Positions 31,461 through 41,414 are shown, numbered from the stretch's first letter. The stretch is DNA of 64,000 nucleotides from Nitrosopumilus sp. (GCA_965249555.1 OZ252243.1:1248001-1312000); one strand, 5' to 3'. The notes: generated by a model not told the origin, from the letters alone. Numbers and translations: made by a program.

Positions 31461-31531
31461 TGGGGTCGGTTCGTCGCGGCGTCTTCAAGGCTTTCGCTCA
31501 GACTGGAGCGGCTGTTATTTCCTCATTCCCA
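31461..31531 (-). ncRNA. Box C/D sRNA, probable 23S rRNA methylation guide
   Basis: Minus strand: TGGG-A-[C ATGAGGA]-guide-[D' CTGA]-GCGAAAGC-[C' TTGAAGA]-guide-[D CCGA]-CCCCA with a terminal stem. GC-rich island in an AT-rich spacer. Confidence 0.72.
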
Positions 31532-31561
31532 AATTGAATAATTCTATTATTCCTATTTAAT

Positions 31562-31990
31562 CTAGTTGGCAATTTGAAAAATTTCTGTAAATGTTTTAAC
31601 AGTATTTTTTTTGTTGTAAATTGGTGTGTGAATTTTTATTTTTATTGATTCTTTTTCTCCAAATGCAAGATTTCCTTTCATTAGTTCTTGCTTGTCTAAT
31701 CTCATATGAAATCTGGAATCTACTGTCCTTTCTTCAATTTCTTCAATTAATTCATTGATTTGCTCAATTGATAAAAATCCTAAAAATTTCTTCATAAAAT
31801 TTTGAGCCTCTTTTTTTACAATTTCTGCATTTAACATGATTATTGGATTATCAAAATGCCCTAAGGTCTCGTGAATTGTGAAATCATCTTCTTTTAGATC
31901 CAATAATTCTTCAAAAGACTGGAATATTCTTGAAATATCTTCAGTTGCATGAATAATTACATCAATTGTTACTTCAATCTTATCAATCAT
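31562..31990 (-). CDS. RNA-binding protein (COG1325/DUF54-like)
   Basis: IIHATED...GHFDNPI...MRLDKQ. Confidence 0.8.
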   Translation of the reverse strand: MIDKIEVTIDVIIHATEDISRIFQSFEELLDLKEDDFTIHETLGHFDNPIIMLNAEIVKKEAQNFMKKFLGFLSIEQINELIEEIEERTVDSRFHMRLDKQELMKGNLAFGEKESIKIKIHTPIYNKKNTVKTFTEIFQIAN

Positions 31991-32016
31991 GATTGTAAAA
32001 GAATAATCTTAGTTGT

Positions 32017-32628
32017 TTATGCTTCAAGTAATATTGTTTCTTTGTCTGCAGTTCTAATGAGTTTTACTTTCTCAAGACCTACATGTCTTACTCTGATAAC
32101 TTTCTTGAATGCTGCCATGATGTCTGAATTTATTTTACTGTAACAAGTTGCTTGGACAAACTGATCTACTGTCATTTCTGGAACTGTCTTGTTAATTACG
32201 TCTCTTGTAATTAATCTGAGAGCATGTTGTCTAGATGTGTTTAACTGTTTATGGGTTAGAGCAATTACTTTTACTCTAAAGATGTATCCATCTTTTGTTT
32301 TGATATCCATAATAAAATTAATTTTTGATGAACCACGTCTAACTAAACTACGCAAAAATTCTTTTGAATACTCAAATCTCTTGAAAATCGTTGATGCTTT
32401 ATCGCCATCAACCTTGTCAATCTGGAAATACATTTTATATTGGTGCTGTGAAGGATCCCCTTTTAGAATATCATAAAGTGTTACTTCTAAAACTCTGCCT
32501 ACTGCATTTTCATCATCTGTAATTGGAACATAAGCAATTGGGACGACATTAAATGATTCTGGTGCAGTTACTGTAACCCAGCGTTTTTCTCTCCACTTGT
32601 CTTTAGTACGACCTTTTCTACGTGCCAA
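32017..32628 (-). CDS. rps3ae: 30S ribosomal protein S3Ae (eS1)
   Basis: KDKWREKRW, GRVLEVTLYD, LRSLVRRGSSKI. Confidence 0.95.
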   Translation of the reverse strand: MARRKGRTKDKWREKRWVTVTAPESFNVVPIAYVPITDDENAVGRVLEVTLYDILKGDPSQHQYKMYFQIDKVDGDKASTIFKRFEYSKEFLRSLVRRGSSKINFIMDIKTKDGYIFRVKVIALTHKQLNTSRQHALRLITRDVINKTVPEMTVDQFVQATCYSKINSDIMAAFKKVIRVRHVGLEKVKLIRTADKETILLEA

Positions 32629-32668
32629 TTATTATCGACCTTTAAATCCAAAATATAAGGGTATGTTA

Positions 32669-33934
32669 CTAGATCTCTTTCTGATTTCCCATGTAACTCT
32701 GTAAAACTTGAGGAATTCTAATGTGTCCATCCTTTGTTTGAAAGTTCTCCATTATGGATACTAGAACTCTAGTTGTAGCAACAAGAGTGCTGTTAAGTGT
32801 GTGTACGTATTGTGTATCTTCATTTGTTTTATCCCTAAATCTGGTCTTCAATCTCCTTGCTTGATAGTCTAAACAGTTTGAGCAAGAAACAATTTCTCTA
32901 TAGGCATTTTGTCCTGCCATCCATGCTTCAATATCATAAGTCTTTGCTGAAACTTTTCCCATATCTCCAGTTGATAGCAGCATTACTTTGTGTGGAATCT
33001 CTAATTTCTGATAAAATTCTTCAACAAGTGTTAGCATTTTTTCATGCTCATTCCAAGAATCTTCTGGTCTAGAAAATACAAATTGTTCAATTTTGTCAAA
33101 TTGATGTACTCTGAAAATTCCTTTCTGATCTCTTCCATGTGCCCCTGCTTCTTTTCTAAAACATGGACTGACACCTGCGTATCTTATGGGCAGATCTTTT
33201 CCCTCAATGATTTCTTTTGAGTGCATTGCTGCCATAGCATGCTCGGATGTTCCAATCATGTATAGATCCTCTTCTTCAACCTTGTAGATTACATCTTCAA
33301 AATCCTTAGCAATCACTGCACCCTCCATTGATTCTCGATTAATCATGTATGGTGGTTGAATCAGAGAATATTCTTTTTTTGCAAGAAAATCTAATGCATA
33401 GTGAATTAGTGATTGGTTTAATCTTACTAGATCATTTTTTAGATAATAGAATCTGGCTCCTGCAACTTTTGCTGCTCTTTCCAAGTCTACCAAATCTAAA
33501 TTCTCAGAAATATCAATATGGTCACTTATTTTAAAATCAAAATTTGGGATACTTCCCCATTTTCTTATCTCTTTGTTAGCACTCTCATCTACCCCAATTG
33601 GAACTGATTTATCAACGAGATTTGGAATTGTCAATGCCAATTTTGAATATGTGTTTTCGATACTTTCCTGCTCTGATTCTAATTTTGCAAGTTCAACTGA
33701 GACGTTTTTCATCTCAACTAGAATTGATGATGCATCTTTACCCTCCTTCTTTTTTTGTGAAATCTCTAAAGCTACTTGATTTTTCTTTTTTCTTAATTCA
33801 TCAGTTTTAATTATAAAATCACGCCTTTTTTGATCAAATTCTATTAGTGCATCTAAATCAAAATCCACATTCCTTACTTTGAGCATGTCTCGAATAATCT
33901 GTGATTTTTCTTTGATTAATTTAGGATCTAACAT
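32669..33934 (-). CDS. serS: Serine--tRNA ligase
   Basis: GTSEH, FRKEAG, RVHQFDKIE, EIVSCSNC, HTLNST. Confidence 0.97.
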   Translation of the reverse strand: MLDPKLIKEKSQIIRDMLKVRNVDFDLDALIEFDQKRRDFIIKTDELRKKKNQVALEISQKKKEGKDASSILVEMKNVSVELAKLESEQESIENTYSKLALTIPNLVDKSVPIGVDESANKEIRKWGSIPNFDFKISDHIDISENLDLVDLERAAKVAGARFYYLKNDLVRLNQSLIHYALDFLAKKEYSLIQPPYMINRESMEGAVIAKDFEDVIYKVEEEDLYMIGTSEHAMAAMHSKEIIEGKDLPIRYAGVSPCFRKEAGAHGRDQKGIFRVHQFDKIEQFVFSRPEDSWNEHEKMLTLVEEFYQKLEIPHKVMLLSTGDMGKVSAKTYDIEAWMAGQNAYREIVSCSNCLDYQARRLKTRFRDKTNEDTQYVHTLNSTLVATTRVLVSIMENFQTKDGHIRIPQVLQSYMGNQKEI

Positions 33935-34176
33935 TATTCAATCACCTTTAGTGCAACCTGGACATGCTCTAATACTTCATCAATCGTTCCAATAAGCTGC
34001 TTCATGCTATCCTTACTTTCAAAATTAAAAACTAGTTTGTTATCAATATTTTCAACATAAAGACTCAATCCTTCTGGAAAATTTACATTATCAGGTTCTA
34101 ATGCTTTTTTGACAGTTTCTGCCTTTTCTTTTGATATGTTATTGAGAACTACCTGAACTTGACACGTTAATGACAT
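33934..34176 (-). CDS. pcc1: KEOPS subunit Pcc1
   Basis: ALEPDN motif, size, and position in the rps15-DHH-serS-rps3ae operon. Confidence 0.7.
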   Translation of the reverse strand: MSLTCQVQVVLNNISKEKAETVKKALEPDNVNFPEGLSLYVENIDNKLVFNFESKDSMKQLIGTIDEVLEHVQVALKVIE

Positions 34177-35560
34177 TTACTTCCAAATACTTTAGAAATT
34201 CATCCAATTTGTCTTTAGTTATTTTTGCTCCTGCGGCTGCATTGTGACCTCCTCCAATACCATCAAATTTCTCAGCACCTGTTCTCATTAATTCACTAAG
34301 ATTTATGTCAGATTTGCAACTATAGGACTTTCTTGATGAAAACTTTATAGTATTTTCTTCAGCCTTGGTTCTCAAAATTACAATTTTCCCAGCATTTTTT
34401 GGAGATCCTGCAATTAATGATGAGATGGTTCCAGTCATTGTTTCTGGTACTATACCTTCACCATTCACCATAACACAAGTTTCACTTTCTGAAATTCTCC
34501 ATCTTTCATTTGATAAAATATTCATGTATTCTCTAATTTTCTTTCTATATTCTGTCAGAATGGTTTCCCCTTCTCTTAGAATCTTATTTCTATCTCCCAT
34601 GCATATTGCCATTCCAACACCTGAATGATTAATTCTTCCACATGAGTTTAGCATAGTTGAAAATTCCCTCCCATCTCGCAAGAAGCTTCGCTTGTCCTCT
34701 CTTGGAAATGTATAGGTATAACCAATTAATTCTGACATGATTTCAGTAGCATTTTTTCCAGAAGTAAATTTAGTAATTGATTCAATTACTAGTCTTTTTT
34801 CTTCTTCATTTAGTTCTGCTGGAACTCTCCATCTTCCTTCGTCCTTTAACTGAATTCCTGATGAATTTAGAAGAGAAAGACATGCATCTCTATTCCATGT
34901 TAAACCTTCGATAAATGGTTGTGAAGTAAATGCCAAAGCATCAGGAAGTGGCCTTGTTTCTCTTCCTACTAGTAATAAATCCAAATCAATATCTACCAAA
35001 CCCTGTTCTTTGGCAGTATTAGCAATCTCAAAATTCTTACCTGTAAATGACTTTCTCTCTCCTTGGTCTTGTCTGTCCCCTAGTGCAGAAACAACTGCAA
35101 TGGCAGACAAATCTGAATTTTTCTCATCAAGTGCCATTGATGCAAGATATGCCATGCCACCTGCACAAATCTCAACTCCTCCATCAATTCCATATTTCCA
35201 AGCATTGATGACGTTTTGATCATCCAACTCTTCTTCTGGAATCTGGTGATGATCTAAAACCATCCAATTATCTCCTAGGGATTCATTTAGATCCTTTGCA
35301 AAACCTCCTCCCAAATCTGTCACTATGTGAAAATCTCGAGAATCTGTTTTGAAAGACTCTGCTACTTTTTTATTAAATTCTTTTGATGTTCTAACCGTAC
35401 ATTTGGCACCTGCTCTGATTAGAGCTTTGGTAATAATACTTCCAGATGTAAGTCCATCACAATCAATATGGGTTGTGACAAAAATTGACTTTTTAGACTT
35501 TATACAATCTGTAACTTTATCTTTGAAAAATGAAAGTGACTCATCAAGTGATTTTGTCAT
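34139..35560 (-). CDS. DHH/DHHA1 phosphoesterase (RecJ/GAN-like)
   Basis: HIDCDG, TDLG, DHH, GGGHNAAAGA. Confidence 0.9.
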   Translation of the reverse strand: MTKSLDESLSFFKDKVTDCIKSKKSIFVTTHIDCDGLTSGSIITKALIRAGAKCTVRTSKEFNKKVAESFKTDSRDFHIVTDLGGGFAKDLNESLGDNWMVLDHHQIPEEELDDQNVINAWKYGIDGGVEICAGGMAYLASMALDEKNSDLSAIAVVSALGDRQDQGERKSFTGKNFEIANTAKEQGLVDIDLDLLLVGRETRPLPDALAFTSQPFIEGLTWNRDACLSLLNSSGIQLKDEGRWRVPAELNEEEKRLVIESITKFTSGKNATEIMSELIGYTYTFPREDKRSFLRDGREFSTMLNSCGRINHSGVGMAICMGDRNKILREGETILTEYRKKIREYMNILSNERWRISESETCVMVNGEGIVPETMTGTISSLIAGSPKNAGKIVILRTKAEENTIKFSSRKSYSCKSDINLSELMRTGAEKFDGIGGGHNAAAGAKITKDKLDEFLKYLEVNVINVSSSGSSQ

Positions 35561-36009
35561 TACTCTAGTTGAGCAACCACGGATTTATACTTCCAGATTT
35601 TAGGAATTCTTTCTATTCTTTTGTAGTAAACAGATAATCTGTGAACTTTGGCTTCAATTAATTCCAAAGATCTAACATTTCTATTATCTCCCTTGTTTAC
35701 TTTGAGGTGCTTTTGAAGACCTACTGCTTTTTTGACAATATTTTCAAGATCTTCTGGCATCTCTGCTTTCAAATCATTTTCTTCTAGAATCTCACCAATG
35801 CTTTTTTTGGTAATTGGTTTGATTAGAGGAATTGAGTGCTGATCTCTTAATTTAATTCCAATTTGACTAGGAGTTAATCCCTCTTTTGTGTATTTTATAA
35901 CTAATTCTTCAATTTCTTTGGAACTAAGTGTTATCCAAGAAGGTACACGTAATGTTGTTGGTCTAATAGAATGTGATTTTCCATGTCTATGTGTGTGCAT
36001 TCGTCCCAT
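35560..36009 (-). CDS. rps15: 30S ribosomal protein S15 (uS15)
   Basis: MGRMHTHRHGKSHS...PSQIG..LRD...PEDL...WKY. Confidence 0.96.
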   Translation of the reverse strand: MGRMHTHRHGKSHSIRPTTLRVPSWITLSSKEIEELVIKYTKEGLTPSQIGIKLRDQHSIPLIKPITKKSIGEILEENDLKAEMPEDLENIVKKAVGLQKHLKVNKGDNRNVRSLELIEAKVHRLSVYYKRIERIPKIWKYKSVVAQLE

Positions 36010-36134
36010 GATTCGGCTCATTTAAGAACAAAATTAAACGTTACTTATACTGATCTCGTACATTATATCAAAAATTGGAGTTCAGAATAAAAGTTAAATA
36101 TGTACTTGACTTCAAAACGAACAGGTAAATCGAT

Positions 36135-36467
36135 ATGAATACAAAAGTACTTTTCGCAGCAATGTTAGTTGCTGTATTCACCATGGGTTATTATGCAGAT
36201 AACACAGTAGCATTTGCACAATACATGGGTAACGTTGGTTCAGGTGGCGAAACTGGAACATACACACTAGAAGAAGCACTCGAACTACAACGTCGAAGAA
36301 TTGAATCTGCCGAAGCAAATCCAGGATCTGGTTCAGGAACTCCAGTTCTTAGCGCAGATGGTGTATTTGGAGCAGCAGCTATTTCAGCAGCAATCTTTGG
36401 TGGTATGGCAGGAGCCTTATTCCTTAGAGGAAGATCTGGCAAATACGCAGCAATGGGTAGAGGATAA
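36135..36467 (+). CDS. Signal-peptide plus C-terminal TM protein; probable accessory AMO subunit (AmoZ-like)
   Basis: Topology and position between rps15 and amoB. The assignment is recalled from AOA synteny and not verified. Confidence 0.5.
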   Translation: MNTKVLFAAMLVAVFTMGYYADNTVAFAQYMGNVGSGGETGTYTLEEALELQRRRIESAEANPGSGSGTPVLSADGVFGAAAISAAIFGGMAGALFLRGRSGKYAAMGRG

Positions 36468-36573
36468 TCTCTCACTTTTCTCTTATTTTATTAGTCATCT
36501 TTAGTGAATACTGATCTCACACTTTGTGATTGTAAAAGAAATGTATATATCGCACAAATAGAGCCAAAATATT

Positions 36574-36843
36574 ATGATTCCTATCGTAGGTACTTTCCTA
36601 AGCATCCTGTCATCAATAACAGGACAACTAGGACCAAACTATGATCCATTATTCTATGATGTAATGATTTACATCTTCGGAACCATTATGTTCACAGTAT
36701 TCCTTCTTGGAGTTATCTCATTCTGGTTACGTGTACACGGCTGGGCTTACAAAGACAATCGTGAGAGATGGGTCGACGAGTTGGACAGACACTTTGAAAG
36801 AGAAGGTATTGGTCTGATTCCAGACAACGGCAAATACTGGTAA
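36574..36843 (+). CDS. Single-TM protein; probable accessory AMO subunit (AmoY-like)
   Basis: One hydrophobic helix, own TATA box and T-tract, amo-cluster position. Unverified. Confidence 0.5.
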   Translation: MIPIVGTFLSILSSITGQLGPNYDPLFYDVMIYIFGTIMFTVFLLGVISFWLRVHGWAYKDNRERWVDELDRHFEREGIGLIPDNGKYW

Positions 36844-36923
36844 AATCTCTTTTCTTCTTTTCATTATTTTTAAAATCCTTTAGTTGAATATTTTCTACTT
36901 TAATTTTTTGCAAAGTCTAAAAC

Positions 36924-37448
36924 TTAATTTTCTGGTGGAAGGAAATCACTGTCTTTGGATTCATCATATGCCTTTGATGTAAACACTCCTTTGTAGTGAT
37001 ATCCATCTTGTAATGGATGGTTGATGAAATGAGGTGATTCTTTATCATTAACATACATAGTTGACTTACTCTGATCCATATCTCTCAGTGGAAAATCCCA
37101 CATCCACAAAAAGTGACCTATCTGAAATGGATATTCTTCTTCCCATTCTGCATAAATCGTTCCATCATCAGATAACGTATACATGGTTCTATGACATTCT
37201 CCATCAGTTAATCCAATGTTAGCTGGAATGTCTGCTTTCTTACCATCAACTATCAGTTCTAGTGTTGCCGTGATTTTGTATGGAGTTTCCTTATCATTAA
37301 TGCAGACTTTGAGAGGATCATTTTGGCTAAATTGACCTTGAAGCAGACTGCTTCCTGCACCTACTGACATTGCAATAATCGCAGTTATTGCTAAAAACTT
37401 GAGTGTCTTCTTACGTTTTGCAGGATCACCCATTCCAGGCCAAATCAT
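36924..37448 (-). CDS. Hypothetical membrane-anchored exported protein
   Basis: N-terminal TM; IPANIGL...C.RTMYT...F..W motif. Confidence 0.7.
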   Translation of the reverse strand: MIWPGMGDPAKRKKTLKFLAITAIIAMSVGAGSSLLQGQFSQNDPLKVCINDKETPYKITATLELIVDGKKADIPANIGLTDGECHRTMYTLSDDGTIYAEWEEEYPFQIGHFLWMWDFPLRDMDQSKSTMYVNDKESPHFINHPLQDGYHYKGVFTSKAYDESKDSDFLPPEN

Positions 37449-37603
37449 AGTGATGACTTTAGATGGATTCCTTAAAGTCCTTTCTTTTGTTCATATCTGA
37501 TATTGATTATGACTAATTGGTATTGATTTTCTTCAACAAAACATGATTTGATAAATTATGATAATCATAATGATTACTTAAATGAAAAGAAAAGGTTGGT
37601 TGG

Positions 37604-38173
37604 TTAAATTACTTGCCAGGGTCGTGTTGCAAACGTGATTACATATCCAACACCAATGATAATTGATTGGTATGCGATATTGGTATATGGAATTGGTTTG
37701 ATTATTGGATCTCCTTCAACGACAACTGTTTGACCTGGACCAAGTCCTGGACCTACTTGTGCTACATTGAGTTGGGTGTGTACGTGGTAAACACCTGCTT
37801 CAAGTGCTTTTGCAGATAGTGAATATTCAAGAACCGCGTTTCCTGAAATATCAAAGACATTTCCTGGTGGGTCTCTTGCCAACATCTCCCATCTGTTTCC
37901 AGCATTAGTAGATTCTGAGAAAATGGATAACCATCCTCTAAGGTCTCTTTCTACAAGACTGACTAGAGTTCCTTGAAGTGTCAAGGTTTCGCCAGTTTGG
38001 AGTGATTGTCTGTTAAAGGTTTCATCTTCAATTCTAATGAAACGACTCTGGAGTTGTGCTTGGACACCGTGTGCATCTGCAGTTGGAAGAATGGATTCAA
38101 CCCAGTTGAAACCTAATGTTCCTAGGGCAAGTACAACAGCTAGTCCAAATACGAGAATCTTTTTTTCGACCAT
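37604..38173 (-). CDS. amoB: Ammonia monooxygenase subunit B
   Basis: Signal peptide then HGVQAQLQSRF; YHVHTQLN; TRPWQVI. Confidence 0.97.
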   Translation of the reverse strand: MVEKKILVFGLAVVLALGTLGFNWVESILPTADAHGVQAQLQSRFIRIEDETFNRQSLQTGETLTLQGTLVSLVERDLRGWLSIFSESTNAGNRWEMLARDPPGNVFDISGNAVLEYSLSAKALEAGVYHVHTQLNVAQVGPGLGPGQTVVVEGDPIIKPIPYTNIAYQSIIIGVGYVITFATRPWQVI

Positions 38174-38429
38174 ATTTATCCCTAATATTCAGAAAGATAG
38201 TGCACGTCGTTATATGTTTTACCTTCATAACGAGGATCGATATCTAACAGTATGTTAATCATTGATGATTAACAACGAAAGTGGTAAAAAAATAGTAAAA
38301 TTATTTCTATTTTAAATTATTTAAAATTAAGTATTTTCAAAATTTTCCAAAGATTTTATAAATAATTTCACAAAAATACACTGCTTCCAAAACTCTTACT
38401 TTATATTCCGAATTTACATGATTAATACC

Positions 38430-38993
38430 ATGGCACAGATGCCCGCATTAATCCCAAAAGAAGTTGAGATCCAGAGACTAAAGAAAGTCTGGCTCATCGT
38501 TATTGCTATGGGATCTACTGCAGCATCAGTCGAAGTAGATAACTTCGTTGATGGTTCTCTACATCAGACTTCTATCAGAGATAGTGCATTTACTCCAGCA
38601 CACTGGTGGTTGTATTCCCACTTCATTACATTACCACTTGGATGGGGAGCAGCAGCAATCTATGATAGAAAAATACCAATTCTCAGAGGTCCAAATAATT
38701 CAATGAACACAGGTTTGAAGATGACCATCCTTGGTTACCTTGCAACTATGTTTACAATTGGAGTCAATGAGATGTGGCATTTCTGGTTTGTAGAAGAAAT
38801 ATTTTCGGTTCCAAATCACTGGATGTTTAACATGGGTGTAGTAGTTGCATTCATGGGTGCACTTGCATACGTAGTCAGAGTATATGCTCGACTCGTAGAA
38901 CTAGGTGCAGAGACTCCAGGTGAGAATCCGTATATTGCAGAGATGTACAAGATGGCCTTAGAAGGCAAATTGTACAGCAGATCAATTCCATAG
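38430..38993 (+). CDS. amoC: Ammonia monooxygenase subunit C
   Basis: MAQMPALIPKEVEIQRLKK; DGSLHQTSIRDSAFTPAH; NEMWHFWFVEE. Confidence 0.97.
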   Translation: MAQMPALIPKEVEIQRLKKVWLIVIAMGSTAASVEVDNFVDGSLHQTSIRDSAFTPAHWWLYSHFITLPLGWGAAAIYDRKIPILRGPNNSMNTGLKMTILGYLATMFTIGVNEMWHFWFVEEIFSVPNHWMFNMGVVVAFMGALAYVVRVYARLVELGAETPGENPYIAEMYKMALEGKLYSRSIP

Positions 38994-38995
38994 AC

Positions 38996-39030
38996 AAAAA
39001 GTGCAATAGCACACTTTTTTCTCTTTTATT
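38996..39030 (+). terminator. Hairpin plus T-tract terminator of amoC
   Basis: AAAAAGTGCAATAGCACACTTTTTTCTCTTTT. Confidence 0.55.
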
Positions 39031-39111
39031 ATTTTGAATCTAATTTGGATCGTTTTAGAACCTGCAGCCTAAGAAAGATTTAAAAGGATTCTGCATTAGA
39101 ATAAATCCATA

Positions 39112-39474
39112 ATGACTCTTCCTAAAGGATTCGGTTCTGGCGGCGCTGGTGGAGCATCAAGTGCTGATGTAGAACAAATGATTGGACGACGTGTCGAAAA
39201 CATGACCGGTATGATTACTATTTCATTCTGGGCAGCAATATTGGCAACAGCAGCTGGAACAGCAGCAGGATATTTCTATTATCCATGGGCATATCCAACA
39301 GCAAGTGGTCACTTTGCATTTATCGTACTCGCAATCATTGAGGCAATAGGTTACATCTTCTGTGTTAAAGTCATGGAAGAAGGTTCCAACAAGAAAAGTA
39401 ATGGTATAGTTACTGCTAGTATAGGCGGTGCCGTTGTATTCGTACTCTTCGTATCACTATTCGTTGGTTGGTAA
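39112..39474 (+). CDS. amoX: Ammonia monooxygenase subunit X
   Basis: Membrane protein between amoC and amoA, the canonical AOA position. Confidence 0.88.
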   Translation: MTLPKGFGSGGAGGASSADVEQMIGRRVENMTGMITISFWAAILATAAGTAAGYFYYPWAYPTASGHFAFIVLAIIEAIGYIFCVKVMEEGSNKKSNGIVTASIGGAVVFVLFVSLFVGW

Positions 39475-39585
39475 CTAGAAGGAAACCCCTTCAGTCACAT
39501 TTCTTTTTAATTTTCAATTAAAATAGATATATCGATCTGAATTATACTCAATAATTTTATATACTGACCCCTTATTCTACAGGAT

Positions 39586-40236
39586 ATGGTCTGGTTAAGA
39601 CGATGTACACACTACTTATTCATAGTAGTAGTTGCAGTTAACTCTACACTGTTAACAATTAATGCAGGAGACTACATTTTCTATACCGATTGGGCTTGGA
39701 CTTCATTTACGGTATTTTCAATATCGCAAACGTTGATGCTTGTAGTAGGTGCATGTTATTACCTAACGTTTACAGGTGTTCCAGGTACAGCGACGTACTA
39801 CGCTCTAATTATGACAGTATACACATGGATAGCAAAAGGTGCATGGTTTTCCCTTGGATATCCATATGACTTCATTGTAACTCCAGTTTGGCTACCATCA
39901 GCAATGCTGTTGGACTTGGTTTACTGGGCAACAAAGAAGAACAAGCACTCCTTGATACTGTTTGGCGGCGTACTGGTAGGAATGTCATTACCGTTGTTTA
40001 ACATGGTAAACCTGATAACAGTAGCAGACCCGCTTGAAACGGCGTTCAAATATCCGAGACCAACATTACCACCATACATGACACCGATAGAACCGCAGGT
40101 AGGAAAGTTCTATAACAGTCCAGTAGCGCTGGGTGCCGGTGCCGGTGCAGTATTGTCAGTCACGATGGCTGCGTTGGGTGTTAAACTTAACACTTGGACG
40201 TACCGATGGATGGCCGCTTGGTCAAAGTGGGACTAA
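39586..40236 (+). CDS. amoA: Ammonia monooxygenase subunit A
   Basis: MVWLRRCTHYLFIVVVAVNSTLLTINAGDYIFYTDWAW...WSKWD. Confidence 0.99.
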   Translation: MVWLRRCTHYLFIVVVAVNSTLLTINAGDYIFYTDWAWTSFTVFSISQTLMLVVGACYYLTFTGVPGTATYYALIMTVYTWIAKGAWFSLGYPYDFIVTPVWLPSAMLLDLVYWATKKNKHSLILFGGVLVGMSLPLFNMVNLITVADPLETAFKYPRPTLPPYMTPIEPQVGKFYNSPVALGAGAGAVLSVTMAALGVKLNTWTYRWMAAWSKWD

Positions 40237-40424
40237 AAATCCAACCTTTTCATTTTATTATTTTCCCTTAGAGTATTCTAAGCTAAAATTATGATCTCAA
40301 TTTTTCCTAAATTTTAGAAATTTACAAAATTTGTATTTAAGCTATTGTGTGACTAGGAAAAAGTTAGTTCGGGATCAAATTATTTTATGTCTTTCAGTGA
40401 TAATGAATTTTGCAATAGTCATTA

Positions 40425-41285
40425 TTGAAACAGACCTATCGCCAAATTCTTGGAACTCCAAAACCATTTGTAAAATGGGCTGGAGGAAAACGTCAACTAA
40501 TTCCAATTCTTAATGAAAATTTACCTAATACATTTGGAACCTATTATGAGCCATTTCTGGGTGGTGGTGCATTACTGTTTCATATCCTAACTGAGCGAAA
40601 TGGGCAAAAATGTAACATCTCTGATCTAAACTCTGACTTGGTATTGGCCTATACTACTATTCGAGACAGAATTGATGAACTAATCAGTTCTCTAAAGAAT
40701 CATGAAAGAAACTATCAAAAAGATTCAAAGTCTTACTATTACTCTGTTCGAGATACTAACCCTAGAAGCGAAATTGAAAAGACATCGAGATTACTCTTTT
40801 TGAATAGGACTTGTTTTAATGGATTGTATCGCGTTAATAGCAAAGGAAGATTCAACGTACCTCTAGGAAAGTACACAAATCCCAATATTGTAAATGAGGA
40901 GAATCTTCGTTCTGTTAGTGATATTTTCCAATCAAGTAGAGTTTCAATAAAATGCCGTGATTTTGAGGCAGTTCTAAGAGATGCCAAAAAAGGAGATCTT
41001 GTATACTTTGATCCTCCATATCAGCCAGTTAGCCAAACTGCCAACTTTACTAGCTATACAAACAAGAATTTTACATTGGATGATCTGAGTAGACTATCAG
41101 AACTTTGTATGAAATTAGATTCAAAGGGATGTAATGTTCTTTTGTCAAATTCTGATTCTAAGCAAGTCGCAGATATGTTTGCAAAGAAACCCTGGAAAGT
41201 AAGAAAGATTCAGGCTAATCGATCAATTAACTCCAACTCTAAAAAGAGAACTGGGCACTTTGAGTTATTGATTAAAAATTATTAA
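40425..41285 (+). CDS. dam: Dam-family DNA adenine methyltransferase (orphan)
   Basis: KWAGGKRQL, EPFLGGGA, LNRTCFNGLYRVN, DPPY, SNS; no adjacent endonuclease. Confidence 0.9.
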   Translation: MKQTYRQILGTPKPFVKWAGGKRQLIPILNENLPNTFGTYYEPFLGGGALLFHILTERNGQKCNISDLNSDLVLAYTTIRDRIDELISSLKNHERNYQKDSKSYYYSVRDTNPRSEIEKTSRLLFLNRTCFNGLYRVNSKGRFNVPLGKYTNPNIVNEENLRSVSDIFQSSRVSIKCRDFEAVLRDAKKGDLVYFDPPYQPVSQTANFTSYTNKNFTLDDLSRLSELCMKLDSKGCNVLLSNSDSKQVADMFAKKPWKVRKIQANRSINSNSKKRTGHFELLIKNY

Positions 41286-41286
41286 A

Positions 41287-41360
41287 AGCTTCGAACGGGA
41301 TCTGAACCCGTGACCTTTACATTACCAATGTAACGCTCTACCAGACTGAGCTACCGAAGC
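41287..41360 (-). tRNA. tRNA-Thr(GGT)
   Basis: GCTTCGG...TTACA-TTGGTAA-TGTAA...TCGAAGC. Confidence 0.95.
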
Positions 41361-41414
41361 ATGAATTTACCCTGTAGAAAATCCTTATAATTCTTCAGCC
41401 TTGTCTCAAACTCT

